Counted from the first letter of the stretch, positions 1 to 7,746 are shown. The stretch: 32,000 nucleotides of DNA from Clostridia bacterium (GCA_050950825.1 JBMNIH010000003.1:298376-330375); one strand, 5' to 3'. Numbers and translations are program-made. The notes: a model not told the origin generated them from the letters alone.

Positions 1-1297
1 ACTACGGAATTTCCTTTATCATGACCACTTGGAAAAACTACTATAACGGCCCCATATACCGTTTGGATTGGTTGGAGAACATCGGTTACGAAATTCCGGA
101 ATCCGAATTGACGCCCATTCCCATGACCGACGAAAAATTAGGAAAATACAACGGCAATCTTTTTGTCACCAACTTTATGTTTGAATTTGACGAAATGAAC
201 GATATTTTCCGCGCCTTCACGGAGGACGACCCGGATGGCAACGGTGAAGACGACACCTACGCCGCCGTTGTATTCAACCATACCTTCCGTGCTGCATGGG
301 TTGATCTGTACTGGGGCATGTTCGGTGTTAACTCTTCCGAAAACAACTACCTATACTTGGAAGAATCCACCGGAGACGTGGTTCCTTGGTTTGCTTACTC
401 CGGTTACAGGGATTACATGGCATGGGCAAATGAAATGTATGAAAAAGGCTACATGAGAACCTTGGATCTGTCCGACGGCGCTTACTGGTACGACGTGCTT
501 TTAGCGACATGGCTTACAGGTAAGGTCGGATTCTTTACCGCCGACAGGCAATACATCGGACGTCCCCATTTTCCGGAATATTCCGACCGTCAGCCTCCCC
601 AAAGCTTATGGTTAAACGGATTTGAAGACGCCACCTTTGTCTGTATGCCGGTATTGAAAGGGCCCGGAGAAGTATGGGGTAACAGAAGATACGGCCTCGA
701 CGCATTTGCCGACGGTAAATGGAGAACCTACAACGTATCCAAAGCCGTTTCCGACGGAGAGCTGCAGCGTATACTGACCATGTGGAACGACCGCTACAGC
801 GATCCTTACGACGAATGGAACGTGAAAGTATGGATCGGTATCGAAGGCGTTCACTTCAAATGGGAAGGCGAACCGTGGAAATCCGCTATGATGACCACCG
901 AAGCCGACAAGGTTCCTCCGCAGTATCGAAGAGGCGGATTCTGGGGCGGCAGCTTCTTAGGCGAAACCCTGTACTACGGACACGAAGCCGCATTCTACTA
1001 CTACACATTTGCGGAAGAGAACGATTGGGTGAAAAAGTACTGCATCGAGCCTCATAAGTACATAAACAAGTTGAATATGGGCGCCGAATTATACGAAGAA
1101 TACGTTAAGGAATACGCCGAATACAGCGGAAGCATCAACGCAGCCGTTTCCGACTTTGCAAACCGTGTTTGGAGAGGCGAAATTGCGGATCTGAATACCG
1201 AATGGCAGCAATACATCGACCAGCTGTATGCGGCGGGACTTGAAATCATCATCGACAAATACTACAACAACGATGCATTCCCGCAATATCAAAGACC
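1..1297 (+). repeat. Copy 1 of a 1,297-bp (at least) exact direct repeat; partner is 6237..7533
   Basis: The lines I compared by eye are identical at offset 6236. All six-frame ORF translations in the two intervals are also identical. The first mismatch is at 1298 versus 7534. Confidence 0.85.
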
Positions 1298-1307
1298 CGA
1301 GTTTTAA
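1..1307 (+). CDS. SBP-like lipoprotein, paralogue A (5' end cut by window edge); large family-1 (LplA/YtcQ-type) extracellular solute-binding protein fold
   Basis: The open frame runs off the 5' edge, with codons starting at nt 3. The translation is identical to the C-terminal ~430 residues of the 5678..7543 product. It carries FTEDDPDGNGEDDTY and a C-terminal NTEWQQYIDQLYAAGL block, typical of large sugar-binding SBP lipoproteins. Confidence 0.8.
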   Translation, partial: YGISFIMTTWKNYYNGPIYRLDWLENIGYEIPESELTPIPMTDEKLGKYNGNLFVTNFMFEFDEMNDIFRAFTEDDPDGNGEDDTYAAVVFNHTFRAAWVDLYWGMFGVNSSENNYLYLEESTGDVVPWFAYSGYRDYMAWANEMYEKGYMRTLDLSDGAYWYDVLLATWLTGKVGFFTADRQYIGRPHFPEYSDRQPPQSLWLNGFEDATFVCMPVLKGPGEVWGNRRYGLDAFADGKWRTYNVSKAVSDGELQRILTMWNDRYSDPYDEWNVKVWIGIEGVHFKWEGEPWKSAMMTTEADKVPPQYRRGGFWGGSFLGETLYYGHEAAFYYYTFAEENDWVKKYCIEPHKYINKLNMGAELYEEYVKEYAEYSGSINAAVSDFANRVWRGEIADLNTEWQQYIDQLYAAGLEIIIDKYYNNDAFPQYQRPEF

Positions 1308-1355
1308 GGAAATGTATCCTATATGAAAACGGTTATAAAGACGAAAAGGAGGGGC

Positions 1356-1383
1356 AATACGCCCCTTCTTTTTATGCCTTATA
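1356..1383 (+). terminator. Rho-independent terminator after paralogue A
   Basis: Hairpin AAGGAGGGGC-aatac-GCCCCTTCTT followed by a T-run. Confidence 0.7.
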
Positions 1384-1394
1384 TTTACATAATA

Positions 1395-1423
1395 TTGACC
1401 TTTTAAAATATTTGTGCTATTAT
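1395..1423 (+). promoter_or_regulatory. Sigma-A-type promoter of paralogue B
   Basis: TTGACC (1395-1400), 17-nt spacer ending in TGc, then TATTAT (1418-1423). Confidence 0.55.
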
Positions 1424-1466
1424 ATATACGGTTTTAAAATACAATATTCATTTAATTCGTCCTTTG

Positions 1467-1492
1467 GAAACACCGATTAAATCAGGTGTTTC
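1467..1492 (+). promoter_or_regulatory. Leader hairpin or palindrome GAAACACC-N10-GGTGTTTC upstream of paralogue B
   Basis: Perfect 8-bp inverted repeat in the predicted 5' UTR. The same arms recur upstream of the 5678 gene. Confidence 0.45.
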
Positions 1493-1560
1493 AATATATA
1501 TCAATATATATATATTCAAAGTATTGTGTAAATATATTGGATATATAAGGAGGGATTTAT

Positions 1561-3432
1561 ATGATGTCCAAGCGTTTCATACGTATCTGCTGTATACTTA
1601 TAGCAGCAGCAATGATATCTACACTTATCGGTTGTTCTCAATCGACGGAACAACAAGATGAGACGACAACCGGTACTACTGCGGCTGCGACGACAACAAA
1701 GGCCGTCACGACCACCACTACCCAAACAACCACAGCCAAAGCCGAAACAACGACCGCTCCGGTAGAAGAAAACCCCTTTGCGGAGTTTTATGAAGTGACA
1801 TGGATCAGCGGCTTTGGTGCAGATTACGAAGAAGGCGCTTATGATGAGCTGATGATCGAAGAAAAATACAACATCGACTTAAAAGTCTGGAACATCAGTT
1901 ATTATGACGCCGAGGGATTGACCATGATGTTAGCGGCAGGCGATATTCCCGATATCAGCTATATCCCTTACGCTCCCATGGATGCAATCCAATTGTACGA
2001 GGAAGGATTTACCCGGACCATTCCGCTGGAGTTCTACAAAAAATACTTCCCTTATTACTACGAGCAAATGGAAAAACATGCTCCTACCAGCTTTATGTAC
2101 AACAATGTTCCGGGAACCGAAGAATACTACGGAATTTCCTTTATCCAAACCACTTGGAAGAACTATTATAACGGTCCCATTTTCCGTTTGGATTGGTTGG
2201 AAAACATCGGTTATGAAATTCCGGAATCCGAACTGACGCCCATTCCCTTGACCGATGAAAAATTAGGCAAATACAACGGGAAATTATTCGTCACCGACTA
2301 TATGTTTGAGTTCGACGAAATGAACGATATTTTCCGCGCCTTCACGGAAGACGACCCGGATGGCAACGGTGAAGACGACACCTACGCCGCCGTATTGTTC
2401 GATCATACCTTCCGCTCCGCTTGGGTAGACCTCTACTGGGGTATGTTCGGTGTCAACTCTTCCGAAAACAACTATCTATACCTGGAAGAATCCACAGGGG
2501 ACGTAGTTCCTTGGTTCGCTTACTCCGGATACAGGGATTATTTGGCATGGGCCAATGAAATGCATGAAAAAGGCTACATGAGAACCTTGGATCTGTCCGA
2601 CGGCGCTTACTGGTACGATGTACTTTTAGCGACATGGCTTACGGGTAAGGTGGGATTCTTTACCGCCGACAGACAATACATCGGTCGTCCCCATTTCCCG
2701 GAATACTCCGACCGTCAGCCGCCCCAAAGCTTATGGCTAAACGGGCTTGAAGACGCCACCTTTGTTTGCATGCCGGTACTGAAAGGACCCGGAGAAGTTT
2801 GGGGCAACAGAAGATACGGGTTGGAAGCATTTGCCGACGGAAAATGGAGAACCTTCAATGTGTCCAAAGCCGTTTCCGACGGAGAACTGCAGCGTATTCT
2901 GACCATGTGGAATGACCGTTACAGCAATCCTTTGGACGACTGGAACGTGAAGGTGTATATCGGAATCGAAGGTGTTCACTTCAAATGGGAAGGCGAACCT
3001 TGGAAATCCGCAATGATCACCACGGAAGCCGACAAGGTTCCTCCGCAGTACCGAAGAGCGGGCTTCTTCGGCGGAAGCTTCTTGGCCGAATCCTTATATT
3101 ATTCCCATGAAGCGGCTTACTATTATTACACCTTTGCGGAAGAACACGATTGGGTGAAAAAGTACTGCCTCGAACCCTATAAATACATAAGCAAAATGCA
3201 AATGGGTGCCGATTTGTACGATCAATATATTGAAGAATACAATGAATACAGCGGAAGCATCAACGCTGCCGTCAGCGATTTTGCGAATCGCGCATGGAGA
3301 GGCGAAATTGCCGATCTGAATACCGAATGGCAGCAGTACATCAACCAGTTGTATGCGGCAGGCCTGGAGGTCATTATCGACAAGTATTACAACAACGACG
3401 CATTCCCGGTTTACAAAAGACCCGAATTTTAA
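1561..3432 (+). CDS. SBP-like lipoprotein, paralogue B (signal peptide, lipobox LIGC, Thr-rich linker, family-1 SBP body)
   Basis: AAGGAGGG lies 6 nt before the ATG. The N-terminus MMSKRFIRICCILIAAAMISTLIGCS is a lipoprotein signal. AAGDIPD and DPDGNGEDDTY motifs are present. The product is highly similar to the 5678..7543 product. Confidence 0.85.
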   Translation: MMSKRFIRICCILIAAAMISTLIGCSQSTEQQDETTTGTTAAATTTKAVTTTTTQTTTAKAETTTAPVEENPFAEFYEVTWISGFGADYEEGAYDELMIEEKYNIDLKVWNISYYDAEGLTMMLAAGDIPDISYIPYAPMDAIQLYEEGFTRTIPLEFYKKYFPYYYEQMEKHAPTSFMYNNVPGTEEYYGISFIQTTWKNYYNGPIFRLDWLENIGYEIPESELTPIPLTDEKLGKYNGKLFVTDYMFEFDEMNDIFRAFTEDDPDGNGEDDTYAAVLFDHTFRSAWVDLYWGMFGVNSSENNYLYLEESTGDVVPWFAYSGYRDYLAWANEMHEKGYMRTLDLSDGAYWYDVLLATWLTGKVGFFTADRQYIGRPHFPEYSDRQPPQSLWLNGLEDATFVCMPVLKGPGEVWGNRRYGLEAFADGKWRTFNVSKAVSDGELQRILTMWNDRYSNPLDDWNVKVYIGIEGVHFKWEGEPWKSAMITTEADKVPPQYRRAGFFGGSFLAESLYYSHEAAYYYYTFAEEHDWVKKYCLEPYKYISKMQMGADLYDQYIEEYNEYSGSINAAVSDFANRAWRGEIADLNTEWQQYINQLYAAGLEVIIDKYYNNDAFPVYKRPEF

Positions 3433-3446
3433 AATGACACTTTCGA

Positions 3447-3473
3447 GGGAGGAGCCAAGGCTCCTCCCTTTTT
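3447..3473 (+). terminator. Rho-independent terminator after paralogue B
   Basis: GGGAGGAG-ccaagg-CTCCTCCC followed by TTTTT. Confidence 0.75.
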
Positions 3474-3499
3474 ATTACTTATTACCTATTACTTATTAC
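3472..3499 (+). repeat. Tandem heptamer repeat (TTATTAC x4; the third unit is CTATTAC)
   Basis: Read directly: ttattac ttattac ctattac ttattac. It lies between the terminator and the IS target duplication. Confidence 0.7.
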
Positions 3500-3509
3500 T
3501 TATATAGAT

Positions 3510-3518
3510 ATTTTTCTT
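3510..3518. repeat. Left copy of the 9-bp target-site duplication ATTTTTCTT
   Basis: Identical 9-mer at 5514..5522. Both copies directly abut the inverted-repeat ends of the IS. Confidence 0.7.
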
Positions 3519-3638
3519 ATTAGCGTAAAGTAAGTTTCGGATAATAATCAATGGAGGAATATAACAAATAGAAAGAGGACCCCGATTGTGATATGATTAA
3601 ATTTCCAAAACAAAAAATCACAAAGGAAGGTGTCCTCT

Positions 3639-5123
3639 ATGTATAAAAGTATACTACATTTTATTGAAAATGGGTTAGTCGAAATTGAAAAAATGATGGG
3701 TGATATTCTGGCAGGTAAAAAAGATGCCGATGATTTGACTGCACTCGTTAATAAAGTTACGTCAACGTTAGCGGTCAGCCTTATAGCGGATTTGTACGAG
3801 AAAGCTGATAACGATATACGAGAAAGCAGCGTGAGAAAAAAGTATTGGAATGTCGAGCACAGGAACAAAAAGAAAACCATCGTAGATGTCATGGGTAAGG
3901 TTGAATTCTGCCGAACCGGATATTGTGCGAAAGGAACGGGTGAGTATGTATATCTTTTGGATCAGGTGCTCGGATTTGAACCGCACCAGAAGGTAACGCT
4001 AGGCGCAGCTGCGAGAGCCTTGGAAGAAAGTATAGACAGCAGTTACCGCAAAGGCGGAGAGAATGCAAGCATAAAAGCGGAAGAAGGCATTAGCAAACAA
4101 GCCGTGATGGATCTGGTACATGAGATTGAGGCGGACATGCCGATGCCGGAACCGGAAGGAAAGAAGAAGATAAAAAGGCTTCATGTCATAGCCGATGAAG
4201 ATCATGTGGCGGCACAGTTTTGGAATGAAAAGGGCGATTTGAAGCGAGATGCGAGGGGCCATAAGATTAATACCCTGATGCCTAAGCTTGTTTGTGTATT
4301 CGAGGATATTATCAATGAATCGGGGGAAGCATCCAAGAATCCCAGATATAAGCTGATCGGAAAAAAATACTTTTGCGGTATTTACGAGGGTGGCAAAGGC
4401 AACGAAAAGCTTTGGATGGAGGTTGCCGAATACATAGAAAAAACATACGATACGGACTATCTTGAGAGAATATACGTAGTCGGAGACGGAGCTTCGTGGA
4501 TAAAAAAAGGATGCGAATATTTGGAGAACAGCAAATATGTCCTTGATAAATACCATATGATGAAATATATAAACAGGTCAGTGGCGCATCTTTACGATAG
4601 CGCGGACGAGGTGAAAGACTGGATTTGGGGAGCCTTGAATCGTTTGGACAAAAAGGAATTGAAGAATATCTATGAGCAGATCCTGAAGGTTACGGAAAGT
4701 GAAAACAAGAAGCAAGAAGTGGAAGATGCGTTAAGATATTTTCTAAATCATTGGCAAGGGATAAAAACCCGAGTGGAAGAAACAAGCGGCTGGACATATT
4801 GCATAGAAGGGCAAATAAGCCATGTATTGTCGGCAAGAATGAGCAGCAGACCAATGGGATGGAGCGAATTGGGTTGCGACCGCATGGCAAGGCTCAGAGC
4901 GTACAAAAGAAACGGCGGTAAGATTCTTGACTTGCTAAAATATCAAAAACAACGAAAAAAGCAAAAGGAAAGGCGTGAAGCACAAGAAGAATTGATAAGA
5001 GATCTGAGAAGAAGACATTCAAAATGGACGTATGCGGAAGATACCAGACGTCACATACATGGTTTGGAAAGGAGCAGTATGAAGTGGCTAAAGAATATGA
5101 CCACACTGGCTTGGGACGCATAA
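3639..5123 (+). CDS. ISLre2/UPF0236-family DDE transposase
   Basis: AAGGAAGG lies 8 nt before the ATG at 3639; the GTG at 3630 abuts the SD. The blocks ...TIVDVMGKVEFCRTGY...YVYLLDQVLGF...SSYRKGGE..., HVIADEDHV and YVVGDGASWIK match my memory of UPF0236/ISLre2 transposases. Confidence 0.75.
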   Translation: MYKSILHFIENGLVEIEKMMGDILAGKKDADDLTALVNKVTSTLAVSLIADLYEKADNDIRESSVRKKYWNVEHRNKKKTIVDVMGKVEFCRTGYCAKGTGEYVYLLDQVLGFEPHQKVTLGAAARALEESIDSSYRKGGENASIKAEEGISKQAVMDLVHEIEADMPMPEPEGKKKIKRLHVIADEDHVAAQFWNEKGDLKRDARGHKINTLMPKLVCVFEDIINESGEASKNPRYKLIGKKYFCGIYEGGKGNEKLWMEVAEYIEKTYDTDYLERIYVVGDGASWIKKGCEYLENSKYVLDKYHMMKYINRSVAHLYDSADEVKDWIWGALNRLDKKELKNIYEQILKVTESENKKQEVEDALRYFLNHWQGIKTRVEETSGWTYCIEGQISHVLSARMSSRPMGWSELGCDRMARLRAYKRNGGKILDLLKYQKQRKKQKERREAQEELIRDLRRRHSKWTYAEDTRRHIHGLERSSMKWLKNMTTLAWDA

Positions 5124-5181
5124 GCAGCTTGAACCGCTATGACTTTGTAACCGTGTGACGGTAGGCTTTATGCCGCGAAAG

Positions 5182-5317
5182 TCGCTTTACGATGAGTAGA
5201 CGGCATGTTAGGCTTGTCTGCCTGGCATCAAACACACAAAGCCGTATCCGGCTTCACCCTGTAGGAAGATGCCGCAGAGGCCACTAAACATGCCGGCAGA
5301 GGCTCGTCGTAAAGCGA
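5182..5317 (+). ncRNA. Putative structured RNA (or DNA cruciform) inside the IS: nested inverted repeats in a GC-rich island
   Basis: Helices read from the sequence are listed below.
- 5182-5196 pairs with 5303-5317 (15 bp, one G-U).
- 5201-5209 pairs with 5287-5295 (9 bp).
- 5224-5229 pairs with 5268-5273 (6 bp).
- 5239-5244 pairs with 5249-5254 (6 bp, loop TATC).
My hand count gives ~54% GC for 5161-5320 versus ~28% for 5341-5500. There is no ORF of 60 aa or more on either strand. Confidence 0.35.
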
Positions 5318-5513
5318 ACCGTGGAATAAATGAGTACTTTACTTGTGCATTTGCTATTGTCTTCATGAATTCTTAAATAGGTGATGTGTAATAATCAATT
5401 AAAAAAACAAATGTGGAAAAATTGATGGAAATGATATATGATACAGACAAGATTTAATCTTATCATAAGGGTGAACTCTCTCTTTTTATTTCCGAATGTA
5501 TATTGACGCTATC

Positions 5514-5522
5514 ATTTTTCTT
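5514..5522. repeat. Right copy of the 9-bp target-site duplication ATTTTTCTT
   Basis: Identical to 3510..3518 and immediately outside the right inverted repeat. Confidence 0.7.
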
Positions 5523-5530
5523 TTCCAAAG

Positions 5531-5559
5531 TTGACCAATCACAGGGTTTATGATATAAT
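5531..5559 (+). promoter_or_regulatory. Sigma-A-type promoter of paralogue A'
   Basis: TTGACC (5531-5536), 17-nt spacer ending in TGa, then TATAAT (5554-5559). Confidence 0.6.
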
Positions 5560-5625
5560 ACATATAGTTCCATTTTCTTATGTTTCAGCTAGAGAGCTTT
5601 TATATATAGAGAGATACATCCATGG

Positions 5626-5647
5626 GAAACATCACCACAGGTGTTTC
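5626..5647 (+). promoter_or_regulatory. Leader hairpin GAAA(cat)CACC-aca-GGTGTTTC upstream of paralogue A'
   Basis: Same arm sequence as 1467..1492, with a 3-nt bulge. It is followed by a TA-repeat tract and the SD. Confidence 0.4.
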
Positions 5648-5677
5648 AAATATATATATTAAGGAGGAGTAACAATC

Positions 5678-7543
5678 ATGTCGAAGCGATTCATTCGAAT
5701 CTGCTGTATGTTAACAGCAGTGGTAATGATGGCAACGTTCATTGGTTGTGCGCAATCGACGGAACAACAAGAAGAAACGACCACCGGTACCACTACGGCC
5801 GTGACGACAACAAAAGCCGTCACGACCACAACGGCCCAAACAACCACAACAGCTCAAACAACTACCGCTGCGGTGGAAACAAACCCATTCGCTGAATTTT
5901 ACGAAGTCAGCTGGATCTCCGGATTCTGCGACACGTACGAGGAAGGCGCCTATGACGAGTTGATGATTGAAGAAAAATACAACATTGACATCAAAACATG
6001 GAACATCAGCTATTACGACGCCGAAGGATTGACCATGATGTTAGCGGCAGGAGAAATACCCGATTTCAGTTATATCCCCTACGCTCCCATGGATGCGATT
6101 CAATTATACGAAGAAGGATTTACTCGAACCGTTCCTTTGGAGTTCTACAAAAAGTACTTCCCCTACTACTACGAACAGATGGAAAAACATAAACCCTCCA
6201 GTTATGTGTATAACAACGTTCCGGGAACCGACGAATACTACGGAATTTCCTTTATCATGACCACTTGGAAAAACTACTATAACGGCCCCATATACCGTTT
6301 GGATTGGTTGGAGAACATCGGTTACGAAATTCCGGAATCCGAATTGACGCCCATTCCCATGACCGACGAAAAATTAGGAAAATACAACGGCAATCTTTTT
6401 GTCACCAACTTTATGTTTGAATTTGACGAAATGAACGATATTTTCCGCGCCTTCACGGAGGACGACCCGGATGGCAACGGTGAAGACGACACCTACGCCG
6501 CCGTTGTATTCAACCATACCTTCCGTGCTGCATGGGTTGATCTGTACTGGGGCATGTTCGGTGTTAACTCTTCCGAAAACAACTACCTATACTTGGAAGA
6601 ATCCACCGGAGACGTGGTTCCTTGGTTTGCTTACTCCGGTTACAGGGATTACATGGCATGGGCAAATGAAATGTATGAAAAAGGCTACATGAGAACCTTG
6701 GATCTGTCCGACGGCGCTTACTGGTACGACGTGCTTTTAGCGACATGGCTTACAGGTAAGGTCGGATTCTTTACCGCCGACAGGCAATACATCGGACGTC
6801 CCCATTTTCCGGAATATTCCGACCGTCAGCCTCCCCAAAGCTTATGGTTAAACGGATTTGAAGACGCCACCTTTGTCTGTATGCCGGTATTGAAAGGGCC
6901 CGGAGAAGTATGGGGTAACAGAAGATACGGCCTCGACGCATTTGCCGACGGTAAATGGAGAACCTACAACGTATCCAAAGCCGTTTCCGACGGAGAGCTG
7001 CAGCGTATACTGACCATGTGGAACGACCGCTACAGCGATCCTTACGACGAATGGAACGTGAAAGTATGGATCGGTATCGAAGGCGTTCACTTCAAATGGG
7101 AAGGCGAACCGTGGAAATCCGCTATGATGACCACCGAAGCCGACAAGGTTCCTCCGCAGTATCGAAGAGGCGGATTCTGGGGCGGCAGCTTCTTAGGCGA
7201 AACCCTGTACTACGGACACGAAGCCGCATTCTACTACTACACATTTGCGGAAGAGAACGATTGGGTGAAAAAGTACTGCATCGAGCCTCATAAGTACATA
7301 AACAAGTTGAATATGGGCGCCGAATTATACGAAGAATACGTTAAGGAATACGCCGAATACAGCGGAAGCATCAACGCAGCCGTTTCCGACTTTGCAAACC
7401 GTGTTTGGAGAGGCGAAATTGCGGATCTGAATACCGAATGGCAGCAATACATCGACCAGCTGTATGCGGCGGGACTTGAAATCATCATCGACAAATACTA
7501 CAACAACGATGCATTCCCGCAATATCAAAGACCGGAATTCTAA
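5678..7543 (+). CDS. SBP-like lipoprotein, paralogue A' (lipobox FIGC, Thr-rich linker)
   Basis: AAGGAGG lies upstream of the ATG. It has a lipoprotein signal peptide and the same motif set as the other paralogues. The 3' 1.3 kb is identical to 1..1297. Confidence 0.85.
   Translation: MSKRFIRICCMLTAVVMMATFIGCAQSTEQQEETTTGTTTAVTTTKAVTTTTAQTTTTAQTTTAAVETNPFAEFYEVSWISGFCDTYEEGAYDELMIEEKYNIDIKTWNISYYDAEGLTMMLAAGEIPDFSYIPYAPMDAIQLYEEGFTRTVPLEFYKKYFPYYYEQMEKHKPSSYVYNNVPGTDEYYGISFIMTTWKNYYNGPIYRLDWLENIGYEIPESELTPIPMTDEKLGKYNGNLFVTNFMFEFDEMNDIFRAFTEDDPDGNGEDDTYAAVVFNHTFRAAWVDLYWGMFGVNSSENNYLYLEESTGDVVPWFAYSGYRDYMAWANEMYEKGYMRTLDLSDGAYWYDVLLATWLTGKVGFFTADRQYIGRPHFPEYSDRQPPQSLWLNGFEDATFVCMPVLKGPGEVWGNRRYGLDAFADGKWRTYNVSKAVSDGELQRILTMWNDRYSDPYDEWNVKVWIGIEGVHFKWEGEPWKSAMMTTEADKVPPQYRRGGFWGGSFLGETLYYGHEAAFYYYTFAEENDWVKKYCIEPHKYINKLNMGAELYEEYVKEYAEYSGSINAAVSDFANRVWRGEIADLNTEWQQYIDQLYAAGLEIIIDKYYNNDAFPQYQRPEF
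6237..7533 (+). repeat. Copy 2 of the exact direct repeat (partner 1..1297)
   Basis: See copy 1. Confidence 0.85.
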
Positions 7544-7595
7544 GAAAAGCGAATATATCGACGCAAGAAGTGACGTAAGGCGCAAAAAATCTAAA

Positions 7596-7622
7596 AAAAG
7601 AGGGGCATACGCCCCTTTTTTT
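7596..7622 (+). terminator. Rho-independent terminator after paralogue A'
   Basis: AAAAAAAGAGGGGC-atac-GCCCCTTTTTTT. The core resembles the terminator at 1356..1383. Confidence 0.75.
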
Positions 7623-7646
7623 AGTCATGCAATATAATTATTTAAC

Positions 7647-7675
7647 TTGACTTTATATATAAACGTTGTTATCAT
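7647..7675 (+). promoter_or_regulatory. Sigma-A-type promoter of paralogue C
   Basis: TTGACT (7647-7652), 17-nt spacer ending in TGt, then TATCAT (7670-7675). Confidence 0.5.
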
Positions 7676-7746
7676 GAGGACATTGTTTTTATAACTGTTT
7701 TAGAATAAGAGAGATAAAAAATATAGTTATTTACATTATTTGTTAT

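Larger units (their letters stand above)
3519..5513 (+). mobile_element. ISLre2 (UPF0236) family insertion sequence, 1,995 bp
   Basis: Single transposase ORF. The terminal inverted repeats are 3519..3540 (ATTAGCGTAAAGTAAGTTTCGG) and the reverse complement of 5492..5513 (GATAGCGTCAATATACATTCGG). They match at 14 of 22 positions, including the TAGCGT and TTCGG blocks. The element is flanked by 9-bp direct repeats. It sits in an intergenic region that is only ~15-25 nt from terminator to -35 box at the neighbouring paralogue junctions. Confidence 0.75.

Noticed and set aside
1663-1761. Repetitive ACN-rich tracts and the heptamer repeat, screened as possible CRISPR or minisatellite arrays.
   Set aside because: The ACN-rich tracts are in frame inside CDSs and encode Thr linkers. 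The heptamer tract is only 28 bp. There is no repeat-spacer periodicity anywhere in the window.
3542-3552. An 11-bp direct repeat TAATAATCAAT (also at 5390..5400), first considered as the IS target duplication.
   Set aside because: The sequences just inside it show no inverted-repeat relationship. The ATTTTTCTT 9-mers with matching 22-nt inverted ends (3519/5513) explain the boundaries much better. The 11-mer lies inside the element and is AT-rich.
5238-5256. The AAGCCGTATCCGGCTT hairpin was considered as a group II intron domain V or tRNA-like fragment because of the AGCCGTAT string.
   Set aside because: The stem is only 6 bp. It lacks the ~34-nt domain V architecture with a bulge. There is no T-loop or anticodon-arm pattern and no intron-encoded RT nearby.
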